The notes: generated by a model from the letters alone, not told the origin. A stretch of 58,161 nt of DNA from a virus (IMGVR_UViG_3300049048_000078:1-58161), one strand, 5' to 3'; shown: positions 18,100-26,752, counted from the first letter of the stretch. Program-made: numbers and translations.

Positions 18100-18243
18100 C
18101 GTCAGCGAAATGCCGCTGGAAGCGATGGCCTGCTTGTGCCGTGTCAATGGCGGTTGCAAGACCGTTAAGTACGAGAGGTGGAGTTCGGTACCACCCCCTG
18201 CAGGATCGTCCAGACAGAAGCCCCTACTCAGGGGCTTTTGTCT
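18100..18243 (+). ncRNA. Candidate structured, tRNA-like small RNA convergent on the 316-aa gene
   Basis: Own promoter and terminator; hand-folded three-way junction; no credible ORF. Confidence 0.6.
18212..18243 (+). terminator. Terminator of the small RNA, overlapping the stop codon of the 316-aa gene
   Basis: AGACAGAAGCCCCT-ACTC-AGGGGCTTTTGTCT. Confidence 0.8.
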
Positions 18244-19174
18244 TTCTGCCCATTAGCCCGCGCGGAACGACGGAAACCACTTCCATCTGCCCACCTGCGA
18301 CGCGCAGCGGCATCTGTGCGGTGTACCGCCGCTTCGTCAGTGGGTCGGTCAACCCATCGTTCACCAGTGCAGGCTTGTGTCCCGCGCCGGTGGGGTCGCG
18401 CACAACGCTGGACCGTGGCTCCATTGCCTGCTTTGCGAAGCGGACTACTTCATCAGGTGTGAAATTGTCCCGAGCCATCCGAGCATCCATGAGATGCGCA
18501 TGGCCGGAATCAGTCATCATCACGTCGCGCGACAGGCCCGCGGGCATGCCCTGCTGTTGTAGCGCCTTCAGTTGCCCTTCGGTCACATCGCCCAGCCGGT
18601 ACGTTCCGCTTCCCTTGCCTGCCTTCAGGTCCGCCAGCAGCCGGGCCTTGCCCTCGGGGGAAATTGCGCCCAGTTGCTCCGCCGCCGTCGCCCCGTACCG
18701 CCCGGCTGACGGCACCACGACCGGGCCCATGTCGGCCAACCGGGACAGCCCGCGCGCGCCGCCAGCCAGCGCACCTGGCACTGCCAATGAGGCCAAGGCC
18801 TCAGCTGCAGGCCGGCGCTCAGGCGTGACAAACCCGGCGGCCTCCATACCCTGGCCGATCCACTCGGACCCGCCAACTGGCGCAGGGTGCTGGTAGCCCA
18901 GCGGGCGCAGAGCTGCAGCGGCGAGATCAACGGGGGCGCCGAGCGCTGCGGCAACACCACGGTTCGCCACATCTGACAGCCCCCGCGCGACTTGCGCCTG
19001 GAAGCCGCGGTCGGTCAAGGCACCCGCGAGCGAGCTCATGCGCGCAGCCGCCGACAGCGGCGGTGGATCTGCCGGAGGTGCTGGGGGATACCCGGCTGTG
19101 GGTATTTGGTCGACGGCGGTGATCTGGTCGCGCGCGCGGCGCTGGGGCAATGTGGGCGGAGCGTCTGGGGGCAC
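18224..19174 (-). CDS. Ejection-type protein with probable C-terminal BECR-fold (PBECR-like) RNase domain
   Basis: Ala/Gly-rich helical N-half, QLGAI junction, then VMM...GHAHLMDAR..FTPDEV..and terminal strand EVVSVVP; domain call is by motif resemblance only. Confidence 0.6.
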   Translation of the reverse strand: MPPDAPPTLPQRRARDQITAVDQIPTAGYPPAPPADPPPLSAAARMSSLAGALTDRGFQAQVARGLSDVANRGVAAALGAPVDLAAAALRPLGYQHPAPVGGSEWIGQGMEAAGFVTPERRPAAEALASLAVPGALAGGARGLSRLADMGPVVVPSAGRYGATAAEQLGAISPEGKARLLADLKAGKGSGTYRLGDVTEGQLKALQQQGMPAGLSRDVMMTDSGHAHLMDARMARDNFTPDEVVRFAKQAMEPRSSVVRDPTGAGHKPALVNDGLTDPLTKRRYTAQMPLRVAGGQMEVVSVVPRGLMGRKTKAPE

Positions 19175-19199
19175 TGTGCTGGTCCTTGGTGAGGTGCAC

Positions 19200-19241
19200 A
19201 GGTTGCCCCATGTCCGGTCGCCGGGCCAGTCCTAGTGGGGG
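19200..19241 (-). promoter_or_regulatory. Late-promoter motif copy 4 (degenerate)
   Basis: CCCCCACTAGGACTGGC-N19-CAACCT upstream of the 316-aa gene. Confidence 0.6.
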
Positions 19242-19243
19242 CG

Positions 19244-19266
19244 AAAAAAACCCGCCGAAGCGGGCT
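19244..19266 (-). terminator. Terminator of the mnt-like gene
   Basis: CCCGC-TTCG-GCGGG followed by T7 on the minus strand. Confidence 0.8.
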
Positions 19267-19288
19267 GAGTAACTCAGCGCTGACTTAG

Positions 19289-19744
19289 TCAGCTGGACTT
19301 TTTTGAGCGCTTCGGGTTCAGTGCGCGCGCCACTGAGTCACCCAACTCCCCCAGGTCTTTCGCGCCGGATTTCTCCATGAGCTCAGAGAGCGTAGCGGGC
19401 TGCGCTGAACCAGACGCACCGGGGGCCTGACCTTGCACAGCGCTCCCCCCGCCGAAGTGCACAGGCCGAAGGCTCTCCACCTGCAGTCGCTTGCTCAGCA
19501 GCGCAAGGTGCCTCATCGTGTTGTTCACTGATTTCACCGTCGCCCCGAGCTCGCCGTGCAGCAGCATTTCTGCAGTTCTGTCTGGTAGCTCGTCATCGAA
19601 AGAGGCCTGGAGGCGGGCGATGATTTCGCTGTTCATTGAGCGATTGTTTGCCTTGGCGGCTTCCGCGATCCGGTCGCGCATGCCATCAGGGAAGCGAACA
19701 ATGAATCGGTCCTGCAGCTCGCTCGGGTAGGGTTTCTTGTCCAT
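19289..19744 (-). CDS. Arc/Mnt-family ribbon-helix-helix repressor (Mnt-like)
   Basis: DRFIVRFPDGMRDRIAEAAKANNRSMNSEIIARL. Confidence 0.9.
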   Translation of the reverse strand: MDKKPYPSELQDRFIVRFPDGMRDRIAEAAKANNRSMNSEIIARLQASFDDELPDRTAEMLLHGELGATVKSVNNTMRHLALLSKRLQVESLRPVHFGGGSAVQGQAPGASGSAQPATLSELMEKSGAKDLGELGDSVARALNPKRSKKSS

Positions 19745-19756
19745 CCAAGGATCGTA

Positions 19757-19838
19757 ATGCCGACTTGGATTAATTTTTATGATTCCGACTTGACATCAAG
19801 CGGAGTTGCGCTCTATCCTTTGCATGCCAAGTCGGCAT
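19757..19838. promoter_or_regulatory. immI-like control region: three 15-bp operators and a Pant-like promoter
   Basis: ATGCCGACTTGGATT (19757), ATTCCGACTTGACAT (19782), ATGCCAAGTCGGCAT (19824); TTGACA-18-TATCCT (19790-19819). Confidence 0.7.
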
Positions 19839-19849
19839 CAAGAGGATTT

Positions 19850-20020
19850 ATGAACGCCAAACCCAAAGACGGGCATCAGGTGATGCCGTATCCACTCCGG
19901 CTCCCCCCTGCGCTGCGCGAACAGTTGGCGCTGGAGGCCGCACGCAACCAACGCAGCCTCAACGGCGAAATTGTCTTTCGCCTGCAGCAGGCACCTCAAC
20001 CTCCAGGAGCACAAGCATGA
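19850..20020 (+). CDS. Arc-like repressor, 56 aa
   Basis: YPLRLP..LREQL..EA.RNQRSLNGEIVFRL; GAGG Shine-Dalgarno. Confidence 0.88.
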   Translation: MNAKPKDGHQVMPYPLRLPPALREQLALEAARNQRSLNGEIVFRLQQAPQPPGAQA

Positions 20021-20718
20021 GCGCCGCGGTCCCAGTGGTTGTGGAGTTTCTGGGCACCACGCTGCGGGGCGTGCTGAAAGATGGCGTCCGCTACGTGGCG
20101 CTGAAGCCCATCGTGGAAGGAATTGGCCTTGACTGGAAGAGCCAACATGCCAAGGTGGTGGCGGACGAGGTAATCGGACCAACTGTGGTGGAAATCACCA
20201 TGGTTGCCGAAGACGGCAAGAAGCGCGCAATGACCTGCATCCCCGAAGAATTTCTGCAGGGGTGGATGTTTACCGTCAGCCCAGGCAAGGTGAAAGCCTC
20301 CCTAAAGCAGAAGGTCATCCACTACAAACGCGAGTGCTACCGCGTTCTGCACGAGGCCTTCAACGCCGCATGCAGTACCGGCGGGCCGATCCGTGCTGAA
20401 TACTTGGCGGGCTATCACGAGCTGCAAGACGTGGTGGCGATCAAAGCAGCCAAATCCTCGGCGCCGTGGGCCGCCCACCTGAACGTCAACCGCGCGATCA
20501 ACAAGGCCGCAGGGATTGAAGCCGGGCAGCGCGGAGTGCTCCCACTCGGCAAGCTCGCATTCGTGTCCGTCGCCAACCAGGTGGCTTGCGCGGCGTTCTC
20601 GGCCGCCAACGATCACCACGACGGCTATGCCAACACCGTGGTTGCGCTCGGGAAGCTGACGCAGATGCTGCCGGCTTGCACCGTGCCGCTGGCGAAGAAG
20701 ATCGCGAGGAAAGCGTGA
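20017..20718 (+). CDS. P22 Ant-like antirepressor
   Basis: YVALKPIVEGIGLDW.SQ..K, MVAEDGK.R.M.C, GWMF..VK..YKRECY..L (P22_AR_N-type domain). Confidence 0.88.
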   Translation: MSAAVPVVVEFLGTTLRGVLKDGVRYVALKPIVEGIGLDWKSQHAKVVADEVIGPTVVEITMVAEDGKKRAMTCIPEEFLQGWMFTVSPGKVKASLKQKVIHYKRECYRVLHEAFNAACSTGGPIRAEYLAGYHELQDVVAIKAAKSSAPWAAHLNVNRAINKAAGIEAGQRGVLPLGKLAFVSVANQVACAAFSAANDHHDGYANTVVALGKLTQMLPACTVPLAKKIARKA

Positions 20719-20798
20719 CCACAAAGGCGAAAGCCCCAGCGATTGGACCCGCTGAGGCTTTCTTTGAACCCCGAACCACTCACGGAACAGGAATCGAT

Positions 20799-21080
20799 AT
20801 GGAAGGTACTACACCCAGCGCAGTAGCGCAAGCCTGCACCTTGATGCATGCTCACCTGGAGGCCCACTGCCGGGCATTTGCGCGCGTGTCCGCCAACCTG
20901 ACGCCAGCCCAGCACGAAGAGATGGTGCGCGCCGGCAGCCACATGTGGGCGCTGGTCGCAGCGATCAAAACCGACGCACTGGCGCAGTCAGCTGAGCGCG
21001 ACCGCGGGTACCAAGCTTTCAAAGCTCAACTGCTGGCCAAGCCGAAGCGCGCACGCAAGGCGCGGAAGGTTGCAGCATGA
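20799..21080 (+). CDS. Hypothetical protein (alternative GTG start at 20715)
   Basis: AGGA Shine-Dalgarno; ATGA overlap with the next ORF. Confidence 0.55.
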   Translation: MEGTTPSAVAQACTLMHAHLEAHCRAFARVSANLTPAQHEEMVRAGSHMWALVAAIKTDALAQSAERDRGYQAFKAQLLAKPKRARKARKVAA

Positions 21081-21298
21081 GGCCCGCGACGCAGGCCGGT
21101 GACGCGCTCACCAACCGCGACGGGAGCCGCGCTGAGGCCCCGGCCATGTCGTTCACGGCACCGTTTTGGGTTTTCGAGGACGGCAAGGCCGCTGTGAACT
21201 TCGGGGATGATGAGGTTGCGGCGCTAGCGCACTACGACCAGCTTGTGCACGAACGCCGTGTTGCACTGGGGATCACCAACCTAATCTACGTGCAGTAA
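21077..21298 (+). CDS. Hypothetical protein, 73 aa
   Basis: ATGA-coupled ORF. Confidence 0.5.
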   Translation: MRPATQAGDALTNRDGSRAEAPAMSFTAPFWVFEDGKAAVNFGDDEVAALAHYDQLVHERRVALGITNLIYVQ

Positions 21299-21340
21299 GG
21301 CAACACAACTTTGACGGATGGCGGGACGATCTCGAACCCG

Positions 21341-21838
21341 CTATTTTTCCTGTTTGTCCCTGGACTTCATGCCCCGGACTGCTTGGATCATTCCCGCAAC
21401 AGGCAGACTTAAGAACAGTCCCGCAACCACAGCGTTACCCTTAACGATTCCAGCGTAGGCTGCGCCCGCGAGCGAAGCGAGAGCAACAATGAAACCCATT
21501 GTTTGGCCCACGTAATCACTGATGAAGGCTCCACGATGCACGTTGCGCTGCACCTGAACCATGTCATTCCGGTGCTCGATGTCTGCCTCGAGCTGACGCA
21601 ATTCCAGCGTATTACGGCTCTCCTGCTGCTTCTCAGCCATGCGCAGAATCCGCTCGGCTGCGCCGGGAAGAATTAACTCATATCCACTGAGGATCTCCGG
21701 TGCAGGGAGAGGGCCGGAATGCGTAGTAACTTGGGTGCGCTGCACCGTCGTCGTGGCGCCAGCTAGGGAAGCGCCTGCAGGCCGGGCATGAGCCAGCTTC
21801 CCTCTCGATGCCTTACCCAAGTTTCGTGGCCCCTGCAA
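21341..21838 (-). CDS. DUF2335-family membrane protein
   Basis: HSGPLP.PEIL..YE..PGAAERIL.MAEKQQ..R followed by two C-terminal TM helices; start uncertain. Confidence 0.85.
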   Translation of the reverse strand: MQGPRNLGKASRGKLAHARPAGASLAGATTTVQRTQVTTHSGPLPAPEILSGYELILPGAAERILRMAEKQQESRNTLELRQLEADIEHRNDMVQVQRNVHRGAFISDYVGQTMGFIVALASLAGAAYAGIVKGNAVVAGLFLSLPVAGMIQAVRGMKSRDKQEK

Positions 21839-22037
21839 TCTGTTTGCCTACCGCTTTCCAATCCTCGGAAATTGAGCCGCGCTTTCGAGTAGGTAGCGAC
21901 TTGGGCTGGAAATGCTCCGCATTGCCATACTCCAAATCAAAGTTGCCAAAAAGGACAACGGGCGCGCCCAAGCCTTTCCAGAAACCAATCTTGAAAGCTT
22001 GCGCGCGAGTGCTGTTAGCTTTCACCAATACAGACAT
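21813..22037 (-). CDS. Small partner protein upstream of the DUF2335 gene, 74 aa
   Basis: MSVLVK start; C-terminal DW..VG..I..A motif; overlaps the DUF2335 start. Confidence 0.65.
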   Translation of the reverse strand: MSVLVKANSTRAQAFKIGFWKGLGAPVVLFGNFDLEYGNAEHFQPKSLPTRKRGSISEDWKAVGKQIAGATKLG

Positions 22038-22187
22038 TCGCGTTTCCTTAGTTCGGGTGTGAGAGACAACTTGTTGTGGAATTGTGCACCATTTGTGGAA
22101 ATTGGGTGGAATCCGATGACTTCCCGTACATGTACCTGATCTCTCCTGGGCTTTGCCGACGCGGACCCACCTGCTACATTCCAGCCC

Positions 22188-22346
22188 ATGTCCTTCCTCG
22201 GCTTCAAGTTCGGCAAACTGATCCTTTTCGGGATCGCTGCAGGGATTTGGGGCCTCTATTGCGGGCTCACCGGTCGCGACTTGAGAGGGCGACGGGTGCA
22301 GCCAGCGCAAGACCATCAAGATTCGCCAGACGATCCGCAGCGCTGA
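22188..22346 (+). CDS. Unlisted 52-aa single-TM protein, predicted leaderless
   Basis: MSFLGFKFGKLILFGIAAGIWGLYCGLTGRDLRGRR...; TTGCCG-16-TACATT promoter with extended TG, ATG 7 nt after the -10. Confidence 0.55.
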   Translation: MSFLGFKFGKLILFGIAAGIWGLYCGLTGRDLRGRRVQPAQDHQDSPDDPQR

Positions 22347-23880
22347 ATCCCAGCCTCGGGCTCCCTGCTTCGGCAGCCTTCGACAACCCCCTTTGCACCG
22401 GGCCAGACAGCGACGCGGCTCTCGCAAGCGGCCGTGCCACCAAACCGGTCGCAGCCACCGGGCTGAAGCCTGTCGCGGCGCCCATGGTGCCGGCTGCCGC
22501 CCAATCAAGCGGGGACAGCTGCGGTAGCGAACCCATCTTTTCCACCGACTGCGCTGCTTTTGGAAAGGCGGTGGCCAGGTCAGCGGATGCCTTCAGACCT
22601 CCTGTCAAAACACCTTTCTTCGCGAGCTTCGCAAGAGTCTGCGCGTCGACACTGCCAGTGGTTGGGTTCAACGCCCGCTCCACGCTGTAGGTCTTCGCGA
22701 TCAGCGTGCGAGCATCGCGCAGGCCCTTAAGCAGCTCAGCCTGCCCCAGGCTTTCTGCATACGACTCCAGGCCGGATTCCAGGCGCTTGCTCAGCCCTTC
22801 GGCTGCCTTGGCCTTCGTCAGGTCTTCCGGGCTGGCACTCCGGTTGTAAGCCCTGAACCACGCCTGCGCGTCATTGCGCGCCTGTTTCAGGTCCTCGACC
22901 ATCTGCGCGGGGTTGATCTCCGGGCTGGCCGGCTTGTTGAACATCGGCTGGGCGCGTTCGGCAGGCTTGACGGGCAGTGATGCGACAGCTTTGTACGCTT
23001 GCCCGGCGTTGGCCCGGATTTCCTTGAGCAGCTCGGGCGTAATCGTCGTTTCCGGCGGCAACCCAATTTCCTTCGCGGCCAGCTGGTTCACCACCTGCTG
23101 GTTCTTCATACTGGCGTTCTGCGCAACCGAAGTCTTCCCGGCCAAGCCCTCCAGAAGGCGGTTCCCCAGCGAAGGTTTCGCCATCGTGGGCGGGACTACA
23201 AAGCCACTCTCCGCGGCGCTCTCAGCTGCTTTGCGGACTCCCGGAGCCACATCGGGACCGCGAATTGCCTGACCGACCCGCTGCATGCCGCTCGCCATGC
23301 CACGCACAACCAACGGTGTCGCCGCCCCAATGGCCGCCCCCGTCAGCGCCTGGTCCGGGTCCACCAGGCCAGCCGTCGCACCGCCAGCAATGGCACCGCC
23401 CAGCATCCGCGTGCCCATGCCCGCTCCTTGAGCGCTGAGCCCTCCCGATGCGATGGCCTCACCCAGCGGAATTGCAGCCTTCGGCAGCGCCCCAGCTGCG
23501 CCAGCGGCCTTCACGCCCGCGCCCAGGGCGCCGCCGACAGGCAGCGTGGCGGCGATCTGGCCCCCTACCCTACCCAGGCTGGCAGCGGTGTTGTCCTTGC
23601 CGTACGTGGCGTCGAATTCCTTCTTGCCAGCGGCGTTCATGTCCGCCACGCGCTGGCCCTCGCTCGTGCCGGCGATCTTGTCGAAGCCGGTGGCCAGGAG
23701 CTTGGCACCGGTGTCCACCACGTCCTTCGCACCGCGCAGGACACCAGCGCCGAAGCTCTGAAGAGCGCCAGGGGCGGGAACTGGCGGCGCTTCATCAATG
23801 AACTCGTACCGGCCGCCGGAGGCCACACCGCCCGGCTGCGGTACCGCTGGTTCGTCAATGAACTCGTATCGGCTCATCAT
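22267..23880 (-). CDS. DNA-ejection / internal virion protein (P22 gp20/gp16-like role)
   Basis: Duplicated RYEFIDE N-terminus, Gly/Ala-rich helices, position after the head genes. Confidence 0.7.
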   Translation of the reverse strand: MMSRYEFIDEPAVPQPGGVASGGRYEFIDEAPPVPAPGALQSFGAGVLRGAKDVVDTGAKLLATGFDKIAGTSEGQRVADMNAAGKKEFDATYGKDNTAASLGRVGGQIAATLPVGGALGAGVKAAGAAGALPKAAIPLGEAIASGGLSAQGAGMGTRMLGGAIAGGATAGLVDPDQALTGAAIGAATPLVVRGMASGMQRVGQAIRGPDVAPGVRKAAESAAESGFVVPPTMAKPSLGNRLLEGLAGKTSVAQNASMKNQQVVNQLAAKEIGLPPETTITPELLKEIRANAGQAYKAVASLPVKPAERAQPMFNKPASPEINPAQMVEDLKQARNDAQAWFRAYNRSASPEDLTKAKAAEGLSKRLESGLESYAESLGQAELLKGLRDARTLIAKTYSVERALNPTTGSVDAQTLAKLAKKGVLTGGLKASADLATAFPKAAQSVEKMGSLPQLSPLDWAAAGTMGAATGFSPVAATGLVARPLARAASLSGPVQRGLSKAAEAGSPRLGFSAADRLANLDGLALAAPVALSSRDR

Positions 23881-26684
23881 GCGCCCTTCCATTGCGAACC
23901 GTCCCAAGTCAGTACCTGTCCGGTTTGGTTGTCTCGGATGCGCCGGCCGACGGCAATGCCCTCGGTGGGCAGCGCGTCCATCGCTGGCGGCTTGCTGGGC
24001 TGGGACGCAGCGGCCTGGGCGCCCTTGGCTTGAGCAGCATCAGCCATCGCTGATCCGCTGGGACCAGCCCTCAGCCGGGCGGTTTCTACCTGGCTGGCAA
24101 GGCGCGCCTGCTTCTCAGCAATGGTCTTCGGGTCATCGCCCGGTTGTGGGAAGTAAGACCGGCTGAGCCCCTGCAGCTGCTCGCGGGTGTACGCCGCGCC
24201 AGTGTTCAGGGTCAGGGCAGCGTCAAGGGCATCGAGCTGAGCCGCCTCCACCCGCTGCCGGTCCTCCGGTCGAATGAAGTTCGCCACGCCCTCCGGCAGG
24301 GAGTTGATGAGAGAGGTGCCGACACCTGGGCGAGTGGCGCCGGGGTTCTTAGCGCCAATCTCGTTGATCAGCTTCAATGCGTTGTCCATGCGCAGTGCGT
24401 AGCCCGCGGACTTGGCTTGGTCTTCGGTGAGCTTCGGGCCTGCCGCGCCCGCCTTGAGGCGTGCTTCTTCGAGACCCGCAAGGGCCGTGATGCCGGCGCG
24501 CGAGTTGTTCCCTCGCTCTGTGACCAAAGTGCGCGCCATGTCGTTCTGGCGGTTTGCCGCACCTTCCGCAGCGGAAGCCGCCGCCTGCAGCCCGGCGCGT
24601 TGCATGTCCCCTTGCTCCCGCATGGCTGCTTGATCCATGCCTGGCTGGGCTGCCCGCAACGCCAGATCGTTCGACAGCATGGCCTGATACGCGGACACGT
24701 CTGGCGACTCACCGCCGTGACCGCCACGGAAGCGGTTCATGCCAGCGTTGCTCCATTCGGGACGGTTCATGATGCTCAGCGCACTCGTGCGGGCGTTCTC
24801 CAGATCCTTGCGGGCCTGCCAATCGTTGCCGCTGTGGCGCACGATCGGAGCCTGCACAGATGAGGCGGCGCTGGGCAATGCCGCCATTGCCGATGCAGCG
24901 CCACGGCGGGACAGGCTTTCCGCAGCCCCCTGGTTCTGTGCGCTCACTTCACCAACTGGCAATGGTGCGGGCGAAGGCGTCGCAGCTGCACTCATCATCG
25001 TGGCCGCTCTACTCAGCGCACCATTGCCCGTCGATGCCGGAGCAGCCGGCGGTGCCGTCCCTGCATAAGCCAGGCTTCGCGGATCAGTCAGACTGTTCAT
25101 GCGCTGCGGCGTGGGCGGCGCCGGCGGTGGCGTCACCTGTGCGGCTGGTTCGAACGTTGATGGGCCGGTGGCCTGCACCCCCTGGCGCAGCTGGTCGGCG
25201 GTCGCGCGCGTCGTCTTGCCGTGGTCGGTGAGTTGAGGGTAGAAGCCGAACACGGCGCGGTCCTCGACGAGCCCGCCATCGGCATACCTGCGCGGCTGAT
25301 TGGGCATGGCTCCGAGGCGATCAGCCCAGCCCATTGGGGCGGCAGGAGCAGGCGCGGAGGCCATGCGCTGTGCTGCGCTTTGAGTTCCCACCGCGGGCTG
25401 TGCAGTGCCAGGTGCCGACGCTACGGACGACAGCGATCGAGCGGGAACGGTGCTCACCGTGCCGCGATTCGGCTGAAAACCGCTGGCCACTTGCGTGACA
25501 CTGGCGTCCTGCGTGGCCGCCGCCGCGTCCCCGAAGCTGTTCCGGGCCGTGGCTGGTGCTGGTGCCGGCGGCATCCCTGCCTCGACAGTGGCGCGCGACG
25601 ATTGGCCCGATGCCGCGAGCTTGGCCGCGTTGCTGGCCGCGTAGGGGTTGGGGTCGTACGTCGTGCTGCGTGGATCGGAGAAGCCGGTCATGCGGGTAGC
25701 GGCCGCGAGGTTGCTGCCCAGGGCGGGCTGCGCAGGTGCAGGCGCCGGGGCCGGCGCAGTGGTGCCAAAGGTGTCGGTCGCCGAAGTGCGGACCTGCGTG
25801 GTGCCGGGGTCGCGCGCTACGGCCGCGGCATCGCCGAAGCTATTGGGACGGGTCGGGTCAACGACGCCGCCATCTGCGAAGCCCTGGGCCATGCCACCCT
25901 GGGCCTGCCGCTGCCGTTCACGCTCCATGGCAAGTGAGTCGGACTGCGCTTGGCTGGCCGCTGCCTCTTGTTGCGCCACGGCCAGCGCCGCGTTCCGCCG
26001 CCCAAGGCGCTCACGCTCCATCTGGTCGAACCCAGCCACTACCCCGCCATCAGCGTAGAGCTGTTCCGGCGCCTGCGCCATGCGCTCCGCAGCGCCTGGG
26101 GCGAAGCCACGGGCCTCCGCCACTTCCGCGTCGGTCTGGCCTCCATCCACGCCGTTCACTGGGGTGTGCGTGGCGTCCTTCATGGCTTTGAGCACCGCTG
26201 CACCAATGGCCATGACCTGCTCGGGCGGGACTTCGAATTCACCGTTCGACAGGCGCACGGGCACGGTGCCCATCTTCTCCAGTGCGCTGGGGCCGATCTC
26301 GGCCGTGCTGTCGGCCGGCATGATGAACGTGCCGGGCTCGGCTTCAGTGGCGATGCTGTCGCTGGTCCCGGTGCCAGGGCCGCGCACCAGACCACCCTTG
26401 GCCAGGTACTGCGGCTGCTGTTGCTTGTAGCCCATGGCCTCCATGCGGGGGATCATGGCTTGCAGCTGCGCGGCGCGGGTGTCGGTTGCGGGCGCTGCAG
26501 CCACGGCCGGAGCTGGTGCTGGGGTCGCCTGCGGGTAGCCCATCGCGGCCATCTTCGGGATCAGGTCGCGCAGGCCGGAGAGGCCTCGGGCGCCGAAGCC
26601 TACTTGGCCGCCGTCGGCGAGGTGCTGGGGGTTGGTTGCGCGGTGCGCGAGACCGCGCTGCGCCGGGGGCTGGAAGCCTTGCAT
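23877..26684 (-). CDS. Large internal virion / ejection protein, 935 aa, with repeated AxGG motifs
   Basis: GPGTGTSDSI..LSNGEF block, five (L/Y/F)A(D/K)GG motifs, low-complexity Ala/Pro linkers. Confidence 0.75.
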   Translation of the reverse strand: MQGFQPPAQRGLAHRATNPQHLADGGQVGFGARGLSGLRDLIPKMAAMGYPQATPAPAPAVAAAPATDTRAAQLQAMIPRMEAMGYKQQQPQYLAKGGLVRGPGTGTSDSIATEAEPGTFIMPADSTAEIGPSALEKMGTVPVRLSNGEFEVPPEQVMAIGAAVLKAMKDATHTPVNGVDGGQTDAEVAEARGFAPGAAERMAQAPEQLYADGGVVAGFDQMERERLGRRNAALAVAQQEAAASQAQSDSLAMERERQRQAQGGMAQGFADGGVVDPTRPNSFGDAAAVARDPGTTQVRTSATDTFGTTAPAPAPAPAQPALGSNLAAATRMTGFSDPRSTTYDPNPYAASNAAKLAASGQSSRATVEAGMPPAPAPATARNSFGDAAAATQDASVTQVASGFQPNRGTVSTVPARSLSSVASAPGTAQPAVGTQSAAQRMASAPAPAAPMGWADRLGAMPNQPRRYADGGLVEDRAVFGFYPQLTDHGKTTRATADQLRQGVQATGPSTFEPAAQVTPPPAPPTPQRMNSLTDPRSLAYAGTAPPAAPASTGNGALSRAATMMSAAATPSPAPLPVGEVSAQNQGAAESLSRRGAASAMAALPSAASSVQAPIVRHSGNDWQARKDLENARTSALSIMNRPEWSNAGMNRFRGGHGGESPDVSAYQAMLSNDLALRAAQPGMDQAAMREQGDMQRAGLQAAASAAEGAANRQNDMARTLVTERGNNSRAGITALAGLEEARLKAGAAGPKLTEDQAKSAGYALRMDNALKLINEIGAKNPGATRPGVGTSLINSLPEGVANFIRPEDRQRVEAAQLDALDAALTLNTGAAYTREQLQGLSRSYFPQPGDDPKTIAEKQARLASQVETARLRAGPSGSAMADAAQAKGAQAAASQPSKPPAMDALPTEGIAVGRRIRDNQTGQVLTWDGSQWKGA

Positions 26685-26710
26685 GGATGGCCTTTCGGAT
26701 CAATGCAGGC

Positions 26711-26752
26711 AGTCTCCTTTCGCGCGGGGCGCGCGTCGAACCCTACTGGGGG
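26711..26752 (-). promoter_or_regulatory. Late-promoter motif copy 5
   Basis: CCCCCAGTAGGGTTCGA-N19-GAGACT. Confidence 0.75.

Noticed and set aside
18120-18210. Canonical tRNA-Cys
   Set aside because: The anticodon-like loop is 6 or 8 nt, the T loop is non-canonical, and there is no D arm or CCA; kept only as a tRNA-like RNA
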